Shown here: one piece after another, positions 38,356 through 53,400 of the stretch
How positions within the stretch are numbered: the first letter of the stretch is position 1
How the letters are laid out: each line of letters begins with the position of its first letter
Assembly (NCBI GenBank): GCA_045837725.1
Contig: JBEWZL010000108.1
Location: 62,001 to 124,150, forward strand
Reading direction: 5' to 3'
Source: Vermamoeba vermiformis
Taxonomy: Eukaryota
Length of the DNA: 62,150 nucleotides
Notes under the pieces: model-generated
Told to the model about the DNA's origin: nothing
Database searches by the model: none
The model's input: the letters and a program-made list of their open reading frames with translations, nothing else
Translations under genes and position numbers: made by a program

Positions 38356-40884
38356 TTAGATCAGCAACATCGATACGAGCACGGCGAGGGAACCGATCCA
38401 AGTCACAACCGATCCTAAAAAGGAAATTAGTCATATGACATTGATTGGCTATAATGGTATAAATAAAGAAGGCTATATAATACCATTCGAAGTAATAGTT
38501 GTCGCCTTGCTAGGGCCATTAGTAGTACCTGTCGTAGGAGCACCGCTTGTCGTTGACGGAGATTTTGCCGTAGGGCTGTTGCTATTGCTAGGAGTATAAT
38601 AATTGGAGATAGGTGGCAACACAATGTTTTGAGGCAAGACAATCTCGATCTGATCCATGTACAAAGTGATCGCGGTCGACAACGAGCTTTGGAACGTAAA
38701 TTCAGTAATCTTATCAGGAACAGTGCCAAAGGCGGTCATTGGAACGGTGATCTAAAAATAGAAACGGTAAGTGATTGCTTAAAAAGGCAAGTGTTCGTAT
38801 GAACAAAAAAACAAATCCGGATCGAAATTCAATTTCAGTTCTATGAGTGAATTAATCGTTCTTACTTGTTGCCAATCGGTAGTCAAGGTAATAGCGTTAG
38901 TTGGCGGGAAAGCTAAGCCAATTTTAATGTCGCTCGAGGCTTGACTGGCCTTAGCCCAGAAACGAATGGATTCGACGTAAGTCGAAGGGACAAAGCTCCC
39001 TAATAATAATATTAGAGAGTTTAGCCATAATAATGACATTACTTACAAACACTGAAGCCAAATCCACCGTAGTTGGTCAGATCCATAGCCAAAGCATAAG
39101 ATCCGACTTTAGCGGGCGTGTAGTGTGAGTTAACGGCGACATCGAACTCAGAAGACCTATAGATACATATTAATACGAGTATATATATATTTTTAAATCC
39201 TTACAAGTTCCAGTTAGAGCCCGTAGGGAACTTTTGTAAGTTTCTGTTGAAATCATCGTCGTAGATGACTGGCGGGATTGGATAGTAGCAAGTACTGTCT
39301 AATATACAAACAGTTAGAATAGCGAATAATATGGCATTAATAATAAAGAATTAAAATTAGTTCGAAGGGAACTCGATCTCCAATAGGAGGTTAGAAATTT
39401 CAAATAGGAAGATAGAATATGATAAATATGGTACCTTGAACGGTGGTAGCAGTATTGAAGTTGGAAGAGCCCTCAACTATTTGGCCAGCAGTACTTGTAG
39501 TCAAGCTAAACGAGATCTGCTCGCCGAATTCGCTAGTCAATCGCAGTGTAGCGGGAATAGTGTATCCAACTGAAATATCGAATTGAGCGGTATCATCTAT
39601 ATGAATACAAACGCGTTAGGGTTGCTAATTTAGTATTTCAAGATCCGTCAGTTTTGTACTGGCCTGGATCTCGATTCAATAACGAGTTATGTTTCCGAAT
39701 TTCGTTTATAGTAATACGATGGCTTATAAATAACTTACTATTCTTTGAAAAGGACTGATAAGCGTTGTTAACCATAATTTCAACTTTGTCGACGCGGTAC
39801 TTGTTGTTCATAACGATCAACGAGAGATAATAAGCATTTGAATCTCTAACGTGGATCCTAACATTTCCAGTAACAGGGCACGCGACCTATTGAAAATACA
39901 AAACCGCAATTAATTATTTGTAAGCAGATTTCAATCGCATCCGAATTTGAAGTTCTCTAAAAATGCTTCAACATGCGCTATAGTAAGAAATAATAATATG
40001 TTATAGTATTTATATACATACCTTCTTATGAGACATCCAAAGAATGCCGGCTTGAGTATCGCCAACAAGACCATAAGCAGTTGCGCCACGGATGTCAAAA
40101 TGAACCATATCGCCTTGGCAAACATCGTTGCCTTGAGCAGGACATTCGCTAACGACCTATAAATGGCTTAATTAACGAACTTAAGGATAAATTCGAACCG
40201 CAGCCGGATTTCGGTGTGAATCAGTTTTAGTTACAACATGAACGATTTAAAATGCGAGTTAAGCCTTTACTAGTTATGATAATGATTAAAGCTTTATACT
40301 TACTCGAAATACGTGAGTTCCAACGTTACTGGTCACTTCGTAGCATTCACCACAAGCAGGACCGGATGCACCTGCCGCGCGATAAAAGGCTTCGTTGGGA
40401 GCAATGCCCGGAATGTCATCTATATGAACATGTTATTATCAATCGTAATTAACGGTTATAAAGGCGGATCTGAAAAGATTTTCTTTTGACAGTTACTCCA
40501 ATCCGTTATTTTGAACCCATTTTTCCGTAATTTAATTTAAAGTTATTGTGTAAATATGACTCATAATAATACGATTTAACTAATGCATTATTATAAAATT
40601 ACATGTAAATGTAACGATTTTTACCTGGATTGGTTGCCGAGCCACTGGCTCCAGTGAAACAGCTATCGCCAAATTTACCCGGATCATAATTAGTCATGCG
40701 TCCAAGCTATATACACGGCATTAATATAAATAAATAAAGCAAAGCATTTGATTCAAATCCAGATGTGCTCATTACACGAGTCCGTTATCTTGTTAATACG
40801 TACCTGGCATGTTCCCAGCGACTGCGATCGTACTACAATAGCAAATGCTACTAGAAGAACAAATATCACTCCTCGTGTGTTCAT
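38356..40884 (-). CDS. Expansin-like protein (DPBB + CBM63-like) with an extra carbohydrate-binding-like domain, S/T stalk and probable GPI/TM tail
   Basis: Signal peptide. GACGPACGECYEV, VSECP..HFD and VACPVTG expansin motifs. PPVIYDD..SIRFWAK..LTTDWQ..YMDQIE module. Hydrophobic C-terminus. Confidence 0.82.
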
Positions 40885-41297
40885 CTCGCCTTGCAAATCA
40901 CAAATTGAACGTAAAATTGCACTGTAATCACTTCGTTAACCTAGCATCATAGTACCGATACACTTTCGAATGAGACGCGACGGCATAACATTGCTTAAGG
41001 GTTATTTTGACCGGTGGATAATCTTGCCAAAGAATCTGGATCAAGATTCTCGAAGAAACTTGCCGGTGAAGCGCTGCTCCCACCTACACTTTGAAAGAGC
41101 CAATCGATCTCATGATTAGCATTGAATTAGTAGAAGAAAATTGATCTTTTGGCGACGTAGACACGCGCAGATCGGTAAATTACAACTTCAAATAAAATCG
41201 GAAGGTTTGCCCCTTACAAATCGCACACGAACAACACAGTGCATTTGCACATAGTTAATATATATTAGTAGTTGTATATTAAACATACAGACACAAA

Positions 41298-42514
41298 ATG
41301 GTGAGTTGGTGCAGATCAAGCGGAAATGTTTATCGCAGATTCGGTTTTATGACAGTTAGAGCAACAAAAAATCATATGAATGCTTTATAATAATTTAATA
41401 TGAATATAAGTTAATAATATGGCATTTTTATGCTCATACAAACCGAAATCTGAATTTTCGAAAAATATTAATAATTTTTTTTCCAACAGATCAACTTCGT
41501 CCTGTTGATTAGCCGTCAAGGCAAAATTAGATTAACAAAATTTTACAATCCTTACACAACTAAAGAGAAGAACAAGATTATGCGAGAAGCACAAAATCTA
41601 GTTTTGAACAGACCACCGAAAGTCTGCAACTTTATTGAATACAAAAACTTTAAGCTTGTTTATAGAAGGTAAGAAACGTACTATATTATTTATTTCCAAT
41701 TATTATGAAAGTAGCTCCTGGTAATATTTTTCCGATCCGCTCGAAATTTTAATACCACTATCTGACAACACTATGAATGTCATATTATAGTTATTTTTCG
41801 TACGAATATTAAAAGCAAAATCCATTCAATTTGCAAATAGATCTGGAGATGCAGCATCTATTGATTACTGATTAACTTGTATTTTTGCGTAGATATGCCA
41901 GTTTATATTTCGTTATTGGTGTCGATGAGAACGACAACGAGCTTGTAGCCTTGGAGATGGTTCACCACTTTGTCGAAGTCTTGGATCGTTACTTTGGTTC
42001 TGTTTGCGAATTAGATCTTATCTTCAATTTCCACAAAGTAAGTACATATTATATACATAGTACTACAGAGTCATTTAATATACTATTTAAATATCAGTAT
42101 CAAATTTTATGTACTACATTCATCGTGTAACGGAAAGTTTTCTCGCGAACTAGATCTAGCTATCTTAATTACTCTCATTATTAAAGCTACAATCAAAATA
42201 CTATTACGCTAATAATTGATATGTTTATGATGTTATCGTACGCGAATAATCCATTGTAGCGATTTTTTTTTTTCGGTTAGATCTTGACGCGATGAAAATC
42301 AGCTCTTAATAGCTTTAATGGCAATATTACCGTCTTATATTACAATATGCTAACGAAATATTATTAGGCCTATTTTATTTTGGACGAGCTAGTTATTGCA
42401 GGAGAAATGCAAGAGACGAGCAAGAAGACTATTCTACGCGTGGTCGCGCAACAAGATACGCTGCAAGATGAAGTCAATGGCACTCCTGCTGTTGGCACCA
42501 CTGATGCTTATTAA
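41298..42514 (+). CDS. AP1S: Adaptor protein complex AP-1 sigma subunit
   Basis: [59 protein letters not shown]. First coding exon is ATG only. Confidence 0.93.
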
Positions 42515-42666
42515 ACGGACAATATATTGAGGTTGAAAGGAATGAACGACAAGAGAGGCGGATCTGAAAGACGGATTCGCTTCTTTTTGTCGTTTTGACT
42601 TGCTCCTCTTTGTATAGACGTTAATTTTTTGTTGTAAGAATGTTGTTAATTGAATAGAAATATTTC

Positions 42667-43450
42667 TCATTGAATGCCTTTTTTTAAGTACGAAATTGTT
42701 TTAATTTGGATCTGCTCTCCTAGTATTCTACCGACACGCTGTTGTGCGAAGGTGTACCAGTCCACCACACTCTGGTACTGCGTTTTAGTAATATGAGCCT
42801 GAATTTGTGGTGGTACCACCAGTCGAGCGGATGAACTAGTAGTACAGTTCATAATTGAGAATAGAACAAAAAACCTACTAGTTTTATTGATATTACTATT
42901 TATGGCAAGGGAATGAGAGCCATCCTCTTTTGTGCTTTCCAAGTTTCGGCGAACGTAGCGCGCAAGCTATCGCTAAGTACCCTCGGTTCCTTCTTTGTTG
43001 CCAAATATTTTTTCCAAGAACAAAGTACCATACGACGAACACCGCGTAGTAATCCAATAACATCAGACTCGCTCTCCGTCAAAATAGCTTTAGTTTGCAA
43101 TTTTGCAGAAAGGTGCAGCATCATATTTTCGCTAAAATTAGAAAAATATGTGAGGTTGAAGGGCGAGCAATCGAATTCGTCAAAGTTTGTTTGCTTGGCA
43201 AATGTACTGAGTTCATCGTCAAAAGGGATTTCTTCGTGCTGCAAATCCGCTCTGGTGGAATCCTCCTTAAGAGCTCGAGCTACTTCCATAATGCTCGTTA
43301 ATCGTTGCTTAATGTATCTCTTGACCCAAGTAATCTATTGTGCTCTTCTTCAACTGACAGAAGGTACTTTCTTCCTCCTGTCGCTAAACAACGAAATTGA
43401 TTTGGGCTGAATTCCATCTCGGCAGACAAAACAAGATCACGCTTAGCGTC
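42667..43450 (-). CDS. Hypothetical protein (fragmentary model, possibly degenerate)
   Basis: 129-aa ORF 42900..43289 plus flanking exon-like pieces. No recognisable motif and no clean start. Confidence 0.35.
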
Positions 43451-43679
43451 CAAACAAAGTAATCGCTGGTTCAACTGTGCTCATATTATAATTTTAGAAT
43501 TATTCGCTATGAGTGCTTCTTTGGAAGTTGATCCTGCGGGCGAGGGCGTATGAACTGGTACAGACGGCGTCCTGGTGGCAATCTATTTATTGTTCTATGT
43601 AGTTATAGACTGGTCTACCATTGATTATTCTACGTGTCAGAAACAACGAACAAATGTTATTTTTGTTTTCAATTTTGAG

Positions 43680-45132
43680 ATGGACACGACAAGAGACTGG
43701 ATCACGAATTTATTTGCTTCATGCTGTGGCATACGTAGAAGAAACGGCGGGAGACACGAACCAGAATTTTTGTTGCACAATGAACCTTCTGTTGAAGAAA
43801 TCCAGCCTCCTAGGTCACGAAATACAAATCCAGAGCCAAAGCAATCTAAAACTGAATTATCGGTGCGTGATATGGATACTATTGACACCATAAAAAATTG
43901 CATGGGCCAATTAAGCGATGGATTAAGTGGAACATTAGATCAAGATTACGCGGCAATTTCTGAAGCACTGAATGCGCTTCCTGATGATCTTCTGCGTGTC
44001 ATATTTATTAATGGAATATTAAATGAAGAGAGGAGACGATATAGAAGGCTAGCGGATTCTCGTACACAAGGTAAACCAGGAAAATAATATTTGAAAAAAA
44101 ATGGATCGGAAAATCGAAATTAATTTTGGTTTATTGAAATCATTTCCTAATAATTATATATACGCTATTTAACGTAATTTTAATTCGTACGAATTTCAAT
44201 AAATAGCTAATTTTTCTCTGGCTTAATTGAACACTTTAGCTACATCCGATTGCTGAGTTTCCATTTCACTTTTTGAATGATTTAACTAACCGTCAATATA
44301 TAGAGTACGTTAGAGGCCTAATAAACATATTGGAAGAAGCGGCGCGCAAAGAAGTCGAGAAGATCTTGCGTGACTTGCCGCCAGCAGTTCTGGGCGATGA
44401 TTCAGCGCAACAAGAGAGTCGTGTCCTTATTGACCTCGGCAACGATGTTAGGTCCGCCATGTCCGATGTAAGTACTAATATAGCAATACTATACGATAAT
44501 TACATAGTGCTTTATCATATCGTCTTACGGCGGGTACGCAGCACTCGTAAAATCGATTTATTCCAACTTTTTCAAAGAAATTTGAAACGTATTGTTCTTA
44601 AAATGCGTTAATATATATATATATATGCACGATACGGCATTGCGATCAATTTCAATGTAATTGAAAATCGGCTAGGAATTTCCTTCCAATTTTTTGTCGG
44701 ATCGGATCTGACCTTTCTTCTTCGACCTTCCTAGTGTCCTAGTGCTTGATGTTATACCTAACTGCATACGATATAGTACTAATGATTGTTTTTGCAGCTG
44801 CGCCACGACACGAAGAAAAGAAATTTGATCGAAACAGCAGTAGGCATTGTACACGCCGCACTGGTCAAACGAAGTGACGCACTTGTACGTTAATACGACA
44901 CGATATTATTATAGTGTATTATAGTATATTATAGTGCTAACATTTTGTGTTTAGACGTTGGTTCTTTACATGGTTAGATCTGGCCTCCACACGCACGAAC
45001 AGACTCGCGCAATTTTGGCGCAAATTTTGCTCGCGAATGTATTTGCAGCTGATTCGCAGCATCGAAATCTCCAGATTGATGACTATTTTAGGAAAGAATA
45101 AGGATCGGATCCAATCTAAAATTTCAAATTGA
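43680..45132 (+). CDS. Hypothetical multi-exon protein
   Basis: ORFs 43680-44069, 44240-44467, 44798-44885 and 44954-45132 are bounded by GT/AG signals. No recognisable domain. Confidence 0.6.
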
Positions 45133-45518
45133 AAAATGGTGATATTGCTTCGTGCGTATGACACCGGTAGCATTCATTTTTTGTTAATAGTTGTAATATA
45201 AATATTTAGAGTATTTGTAGTCCAATTTAAGTATTACAAGTGTTAATTTTGGTGCAAGATCCATTCGCACTGAATTTTTTCTTTAATTAACGCAGCATCG
45301 TTTGGTATATTTATGACTTATAAGTAAGCCGATCTGCAACTCTTATTCGTAATATACGAAGACCAGAAAATAAGAAAGTAGTCGCGGCGCAGAAGGGGAG
45401 GTAGTTTTCTGTGGCGGAGTTGAAACTCCGATCCGTCAACATAAAAAACCAACAATCCGTTTCATTAACCATTTCAATAATCAATAACAACAACAACAAC
45501 AGATATTGAAGTGCTACA

Positions 45519-46998
45519 ATGCAAATAGACAACGCAGATTCCGTTCACCAGTCCGTCAGCGAATACTACGGAAAAGTTTTGCACCAGACTACGGATCTCA
45601 AGACAAACGGTACGTACAATAATTATATTAAATATTATTTAGTATTATACCGATCGCCAGCGTAAAATGTCGATCTAAAGGCCTGATCTGATAATCATGA
45701 TAAATTTCAGTATTACTAAAACAATTTTTAATACTCACAATTAATCTACAGCATGCTGCACTGGCAAAGATATACCTCGTCATATTAAGCAAGCTCTTAG
45801 TAAAATTCATGAAGAGGTTTTGAGCTCATATTACGGATGTGGTCTTGTAGCTCCAGCTGTACTTGAAGGCACTCGCGTCCTCGATTTAGGTATGCTTCTA
45901 TAAAAATTACACGAGAATTATAACATCCAATTACTTTTTCGCCAAGATCTATGTTGGCTGATCCATCCACTTTGTACTTAAACTTCTGCTGCGTATTTAT
46001 TATAATGCAATAATTTTTTATAGGATGCGGCACAGGCCGAGACTGTTACGTATTATCAAAGCTCGTGGGTCCCAACGGACACGTAGTTGGCGTAGACATG
46101 ACCAAAGAACAGCTGGATCGAGCAGAAAAATACGTCGACTATCACCGCGAGGCTTTTGGCTATGAAAAAAGCAACGTAGAGTTCAAGTTAGGACTCATTG
46201 AAGAGTTGGATAAGCTTGGCCTTGCCGAGAACAGCTTCGATATTATAGTGTAAGTAGATTCGTGTCATTTCCTAATTTGGAAATATTCTAACAAATTGAC
46301 CAGATCCAATTGCGTCGTAAATTTGTGTCCTGATAAAGAGGCTGTATTGCGTCAGGCATATCGTACACTCAAGCCAGGTACCTATATCTGATTAATCAAT
46401 GGCTTATTGTACTAACACATGACTATATTAAGGTGGTGAGATGTACTTCTCGGACGTGTATGCGGATCGAAGAGTTCCAAAAGAATTGCAGCAAGATCCG
46501 GTCTTGTTCGGAGAATGCCTCAGCGGCGCTTTATATTGGAACGACTTTGTTAATTTAGCCAAGAAAGTCGGGTTCACTGATCCACGTGTCGTAGAATCAT
46601 CGCCGATTACTGTCAACAACAGCAAAATTGAAGCAAAGATTGGCGACATCAAATTTTACTCAGTCACGTACAGGTTATTCAAAATCAAAGAATTAGAACC
46701 TGATTGCGAAGACTACGGACAAGCTGTTATATATAAGGGCACTATTCTCCCTGAATTTCCTCACTCCTTCAAACTGGATGGGCACCACGTGATGCAAAAA
46801 GGCAAAGTATTTCCTGTCTGCGGCAACACGTATTTAATGCTCAAAAACACTCGTTTTGCGCCTCATTTTGAATTCATCGGCAACTTTTCAACGCACTACG
46901 GAATCTTTGAAGGCTGTGGCAAGAACATGCCGTTCTCGGCCCAATCTGCTACCTACACTGATGGATCTAGCTGCGCGACAAACTCTAGCTGCTGCTAA
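45519..46998 (+). CDS. AS3MT: Arsenite S-adenosylmethionine methyltransferase (AS3MT/ArsM)
   Basis: [74 protein letters not shown] and terminal CC. Confidence 0.96.
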
Positions 46999-47478
46999 TA
47001 CCCTTTTGTTTATTATTTACCATCATATTATCAAATGTTAATAAAACAATAGCAGATCCCTGAAAAATGTGTTAACAGTTTTATCGGGGTAGATCTCGCT
47101 TCACGGAGTTGTGATCCTTTACCACAATTTGTTTACGGTACGTTATATTATCCCCTTGTATAGTGACTTATACGATCCTTATCGAAAATCGATTGACGGA
47201 AATAAAATTAGCACGATTAGGAGACTATTTGACATTCGTGCCAGCAACTTTTCCAATAGAATTATTATTTTTTTGATTAAATAATTACTATTTATTATCA
47301 TACAATACAATATCGGTAAATCATTTCTATTCTCTGAGAGTTGAAGAAATATTTTGGATTGAAAATTTGATGGGTCGTCATTTACAAATTATACAAAAAA
47401 ACTGGTAACGATTGTTCAAACCGTACTATAATACATTACTTTGAGCATATTGGCGTGATGCTATCTTTTTTGGGGTGA

Positions 47479-50400
47479 TTAATCAAAGTAATAATTATCT
47501 ACGATTTGTTGTATCAGTTGACCACGAGTGTTTTCAATTGCATAAGCAAAGCCAGGAGCGCTATATGAAGCACGCTCACAATTGATAACTACGGAGAACA
47601 TATTAGTACTGAACAATAATACAGATCTAGATCTGTGAAAAAATTGGTGGATCAGATCTCGATCGACTTACGCTTTGTGAAGAAAAACTCGCGGAAGTGA
47701 GGACCCTTCTCGAATACTGGAGGATCGGGCAGTACTGGCAAGTGCGGGGCAACGCCAGATTTTGATGTGACAGACAATCTGTAGAATATTTAAGTCAGAT
47801 CTAGCTCGTTGGATGTGACCACTTCGAGCGGACTTACCTGTACATAGTTTTGCCTTCGTTGTTCGGCTCTTTGCGCACAACAAAGAAGACGTGGTTGAAG
47901 TACGAATGGACGCAAGTCGGGTTAAACGGAGTGTCGCCCTCTTGGAACACAATGACGACAATGTCGTTACCCAAATGACGCTTTCGTTCGATCTGTTGTG
48001 GATCTCCTTCAGTGAACGGCAACTCGGTGGAGACGTGGAACATAATCGAATAGTCCTTGAACTTGGTGAAATAGCTGTGCTTGCCGGTCATGCCTTGTTG
48101 CACATCCAAACCACCGTTGTAAGCCTCCCAGCCCTTGAGTTCAACCTTGTCGGCCAAGAACTCCAAAAACTCGGTGAAATCAGGGCTCGGGTCGTCTTTA
48201 GCGCAGAACATTAGCCATCGCACATTACTACCGTACGACTATTATGACACTTACTGTTGCAGAACATCTTCTCTTCTTCGACTTGGCCTTCTTTGGCGTA
48301 CAAAATGCCGTACTTGTAGCCCTTGACCATCTGTCCGAGCGCGTTAGTTTCGTATTAAATTTTCACGAGCTGAGAGGACTTACCAGTCTGAGTTCCATAT
48401 TCAACAACTCTTGCTCCATATCTTCGTTCTTGATTTGCTTGAAAGTGATGCCAGAGTACTCAGGATACTCGTCCTTCAAAAGCTTGATCATTTGTTTCGG
48501 CTTCATGCGCGAGGCACGGCTGCCAGTGCTTTGGAAGTTCTTCAAGCTCATCTTCAAGCGGCGATCAGACTTGCGGACACGAATCAGCAAGTTGAGGGCC
48601 GAAGGCGTGCTAGACTCAGCAGCGGCTGATCGAGGAGTAATCGAGTCGCCTTTTTGCCTATGAACAATTTAGTTTTGTTGCTCGTAATGTGCGACACTAA
48701 CATCATTGTTACGTACTTCTCAGCACCAAAGTCGTTCGCGCTCGGCTTTCTTCGGCTGCCGATGGCACTGATGCCCAATTGACGAGACGAACGAGTCTTA
48801 GTCATGTTTTTGCTATTGAAACGAGCGTTAGGTCAAAACTTCAAGGCTCAAAAACAATCCTTGACTTACCCCTGTTCCGTGGACTCTTCATCCTTCTCGT
48901 CAATCTTCTTGTCCTCGCTGTTGCGAGATTCACGGTCTCTGTCCTTATCCTTCTCCTTATCCTTGTCTTTCTCCTTATCCTTGTCTTTCTCCTTGTCCTT
49001 CTCCTTGTCCTTCTTTTCGGAAGAAGTCATCGTGAGTCGACTTCCCTTTTTAGTGATCTTAGGAGGAGTGACATCGCGTTGGTGTTCACCGTTCGAAGAT
49101 GATTCTTTGCCAGAGAAGCGGACACTGCTAGGACTGTCCTTAGGGTCCTTAAGTTCGGCTGTTTAAATCGTTAGCGACTTGTAACGATATTAGGGATTCA
49201 CGAGGTACGTACCGCTGTTACGCTTAGACTCCTTCTTCTTCGAGGTAGAAGACAAGTCGAAGTCGCCCGACATGGTCACGTTCTTGCGCTCTTCTTTCAC
49301 GCTGCTAAGCATCATTTGACGCTTCAGCATGACCTTCTCCTTCTCACGCTTCAAATCACGACTCTTGCTCTTCATCAACTTGCCGTTGTTGCCAGGCTCA
49401 ATCGATCGAGATCGTGATCGGTGCAATGAAGGACGACCGGACTTGTCCTTATCCTTCTCGCTCTTGTCCTTGTCTTTGCTGTCCTTCTCGTCGCGAGGAG
49501 TGGCGGTGTCTTCACTCGTCTCGTGAGTCTCGCTGTCCTCTTCGTGACTGTTCGTAGCAGCTGTAATACTGCTGTTGCTCGAGTTGTGTCTAACGGATCG
49601 AGGAGACGGCAAAGGCTTTTCTTCTTTAGGAGTCTCAGCTTTGCGAGGTGAGTGTTGAGACTTGTCTTCCTTTGGCGTGTCAAGTTTCTCACTTCGTGCG
49701 CTGTCCTTGTAATCGCCACGAGCGCTATCCTTGTGCATGCTGGTCGTTGAGAGCGCAGAAGGCAGATTAGCTTGACTCGATCGCTTTTGCAACGAAGGTG
49801 AGTCCATGCTAGCTGCAGGGCTGTCAATGGCATTAGCCTTCAAGTTGTCAGTCGAAGGCTTCTTCTTCATCATCTTGTCCTTGCTCTGCACACGGCTGAA
49901 GAAGTTGGGTACTGAAGGAGACTTGGCTTTTCTCTTAAACTTCAAAGTACCGAACAACTTGCGCTCCTTTTCTTCGGGCTCGTCCTCGTCTCCCTCGCGC
50001 AAGATTGAAATCAAAATTGCACCGTATTCCTTTGAAATACCGATAAAGTTGTGGTGAGGCTTGCCAAAGAACTCATTTCCGTAGTCGAAAATGAAGTTGA
50101 ATTCTTGCAATTGCAAGTCTTCAATGTCAGGCATCTTGCCTTCATTTCGATCGATACGGAAACCTCCTGCAGGTGCGATCAACTGAGCAATGCGTCTGTT
50201 CAAGTTGGGGCTGGTGCCAGAGGAGACAAGCTTGTCCATATTGAGCACAGGAATATCAAGCTCAGCCTGACGGGTGAGTTGATCATCCTTCGGTGGGCTT
50301 TGACGAGGCACATCTTCAGAGCTGTCAAGGTTTTGTGCTTGTCGCTCTTTACGACGCTCTTCTTCAGCAGCAGCGGCAGCGGCCAAGACAGTAGTGATAT

Positions 50401-53400
50401 CTTGGTTTTGCACAGTTGCTCTAATTTCATTCAACTTGGTAGGGTCGAACTTCTTGACGACGACACGCTTGATTAAGAGAGCTATGAAAGGGTTAATATC
50501 AACTCATTGGGACAACTTTAGTATGCTTCGCGTACCTCTCTTCTCGTTGGTTGACAGTCTCTTCAAGTCACGAGGAGTAGTTCCGTCATTGATAGCGCTG
50601 CTGAGTGACGACGCGCTCTGTGATCGATCCAACTCGGCTTGCAAATTGGCTGAACTGTTACGCGTTCGAGGAGCATTACGCGCACTAGGCTTAGTCCAAT
50701 TGAAGTGCTTGCGAATAGCCTCCATGCCTTCGTTGCAAACTTCCTTAGGCGGGTCAACGAGAGGGTTCTCTTCCAAATCAATCACTGAGCAGTTGAGATC
50801 GCAGAAGCCCTTAGAGAGCTTCTTGATCTTGTTGTTGGCCAAGTACAACTCGGTCAAGCTGGCCATGCCGCCCAACTCATTAGGCAGCTCCTTAATGTCG
50901 TTGTGTGACAAGTCCAAGAGCACCAAGCTAGCCAATTGTTCGATGGTCGCAGGAAGTTCCTTCAATCTGTTACCTCGCAAGTTAAACTCTTCTAATCGCT
51001 TGAAGTTCGCAATAGAGTCAGGAAGGACTGTAAGTCTGTTGTGCGAAATATCGAGGATTTCCAACTTGCTCAACTCTCCGAAGTTGTCGCGGAGCTCGCC
51101 CAATTGATTGTGAGCCAAGAGCAATTCTTCAAGCTGTCGCAATTGTGCGAAACCGACCGGCAAGAACTCCAAGTTGTTGCCACTCAAGTTCAGCGCACGA
51201 AGATTGCGCAAGGTGCAGAAACGGTTCGGAATCAAAGAGATAAGATTGTTCGATAGATCAACAGTTTCCAATTGCTTGATGTCGGCCAAGTTAGCAGGGA
51301 CTGTTCGCAGCTTGTTGCCGTTGATGTAGAGAATGGTCAAGTTGGTAAAAGTGACTGCAAACCAACGCGGCAACATCGTCAACTGATTGTCCGTGATGAC
51401 GACTTTTTTGCAGGCGTCCATCTTTTTGCTATTAAAGAATGGACATTAGAGAGTTACCAAGACCATCAATAATACGATATCAACGTACCCCTTGCCGAGT
51501 TCTTTGGGCAAGTATTTCAGTCCCGAGTCCTTGAGTTCGAGGGTCGTGGCATTAGTCGAAAATACCTCGTTGAACTTGTCGAGCAATTCTTTGGAGACGG
51601 GCTCGTAGTTGAAATAGGCGTCGTCATCTACAACAATTAGTATAGACTCTTAAGCGATATATAGGAGCTGCTAATTACCTTCGTCAACGGGCTCTTGGTT
51701 GTCACCTTTGCCAGCGTTCAAGTCATCGCTGTCAGCGGTGTTTCGTTGATTAATCTTGACCTCCTCGTCTTCGTTTTCCTCCAAATCACCGAATATTCTA
51801 TCGACCTCCCAGCCTCGTTTTCTAAGAAGGCAAACATTAGCAAGACGAAACATTACCATGACTAAAATCATACCTGAAATTGACCGTGATGGCTTCTTCG
51901 GGGCACGTTGCCAAAAGCTGTCTGACCTTCTCTTCTTTGTTGTCGGGAAGGAACATGACAACCCAGCTCAGCAGCTCTTTGTTGGTCTTGCCAAAGTCAG
52001 CGCGGTACTCTTTGAACAACAACGGCAAGTTCACCGATTTGTTGCGGAAACTGACTTCGATATCGGCACAAAATAGCTCTGTAGCCCATTGCAGCGCCGA
52101 ATCCATATTTTTTGAGTCCAAAAATCGGATTGGCTGCGAGAACTTGTCGCAAGAAATCATCGCAAAATGAATTCTACCGAAAAAAGTTAGGCATTTGCTA
52201 CAAAGCAGAAATTATCCCTAAAAATATTTACCTTGGGTCTGCTTTGGATAAACCTGCGACTCTTGCCATTTCTTTTCTTGACAGCATTTTTCTAATTTGA
52301 TCTGAACCGCTCGAAGACTTGGGCTTGCCACGAAGAATGGCTTCAATGGCTTCCAACGTGTAATTTTGACCGCCAATATTATAGCTGTATTGTGAATATA
52401 ATTTCGCCTTATCTGCTTTTGATTTCGGTTTGTAGCCCAAAACAATCTCTCCGTGTAACAGCAATACTTTGTACATTGCCAAGTAAAATAAAATTGCCTC
52501 CTTCGTCTTCAGCCCCGATATATCGACCTATGCAAAAATGGAGTTAGATTTTCCTTGCGGATGAAGATCCGAAAGTAGATTCACAAAACCAAAATTTTTT
52601 AACCGTTATAAATTTGACAAAACTGTACCTTATGTAACTCTATAGTGTTGTCGCAAAATACTGTATATTCCTTCAATTTCTTAATTTTCTCGTAGTCGAC
52701 ATTTCCATCGTCCAAATTCATGTGGCCTTCATAAATCGTGTTGATTGTGTCCTGCAAATACAAAGCGATATCTAGAGCACTTCTAGAGTCGCCCGTATAA
52801 ACCATTCGTCCGTTTAAAACATCGGGGTTATCGTCAGCCTTTTGAATTTGAAAATTAAATCATGAATCGATATCGGCATAAAAAAGGCAAAATCCCGAAT
52901 AAATGTGAGAATATTATTATACTTACGTAAAATCTGAATAATGAAGAATCATTTGCGACGGGCTTGTCTTCCTTGATCCGGTAAAAATAACCCTTCGTGC
53001 GTAATTTTTCGGCCATCCGTAATGCTTCGTCCTCCGTTGATTTATTATTGACAGTCAACCATTTAATTAATGCAGAGCCTGTGGCGTATAATAAAATGTT
53101 GGCATTTGTGACGAAAATTCTCAAAGATACTCGCTCGATCGTACCTTTAAAAGTGTGGCTATTTTGAAACCGATTCTTCAATTCCAGTCCGTTGTTCTTG
53201 TCTCGAAGCCTTTTGAAAACCTGGAAATATGATCAGCAAATTTAAACGAAAGTATACAATGCCGATTTTACATCTTCGAGAACAGGATCAAGCTTCAAAT
53301 TTTTCCACGGCGCCAGGGTCTTTCGGCGAGACTTTGGAAGAGCTCTGCTATGACCATTCGGTGTGTCTTGAAGCTTTTTAAGCAAATCATCCAATCTGCC

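Noticed and set aside
48940-49015. Tandem 12/18-nt repeats as a possible array
   Set aside because: They encode DKEK low-complexity sequence within the RapGAP linker, with no spacer structure.
50394-51107. 237-aa + strand ORF, and similar antisense ORFs at 1638-2141, 42913-43410 and 31409-32041
   Set aside because: Shadow frames opposite well-supported genes, with no motifs of their own.
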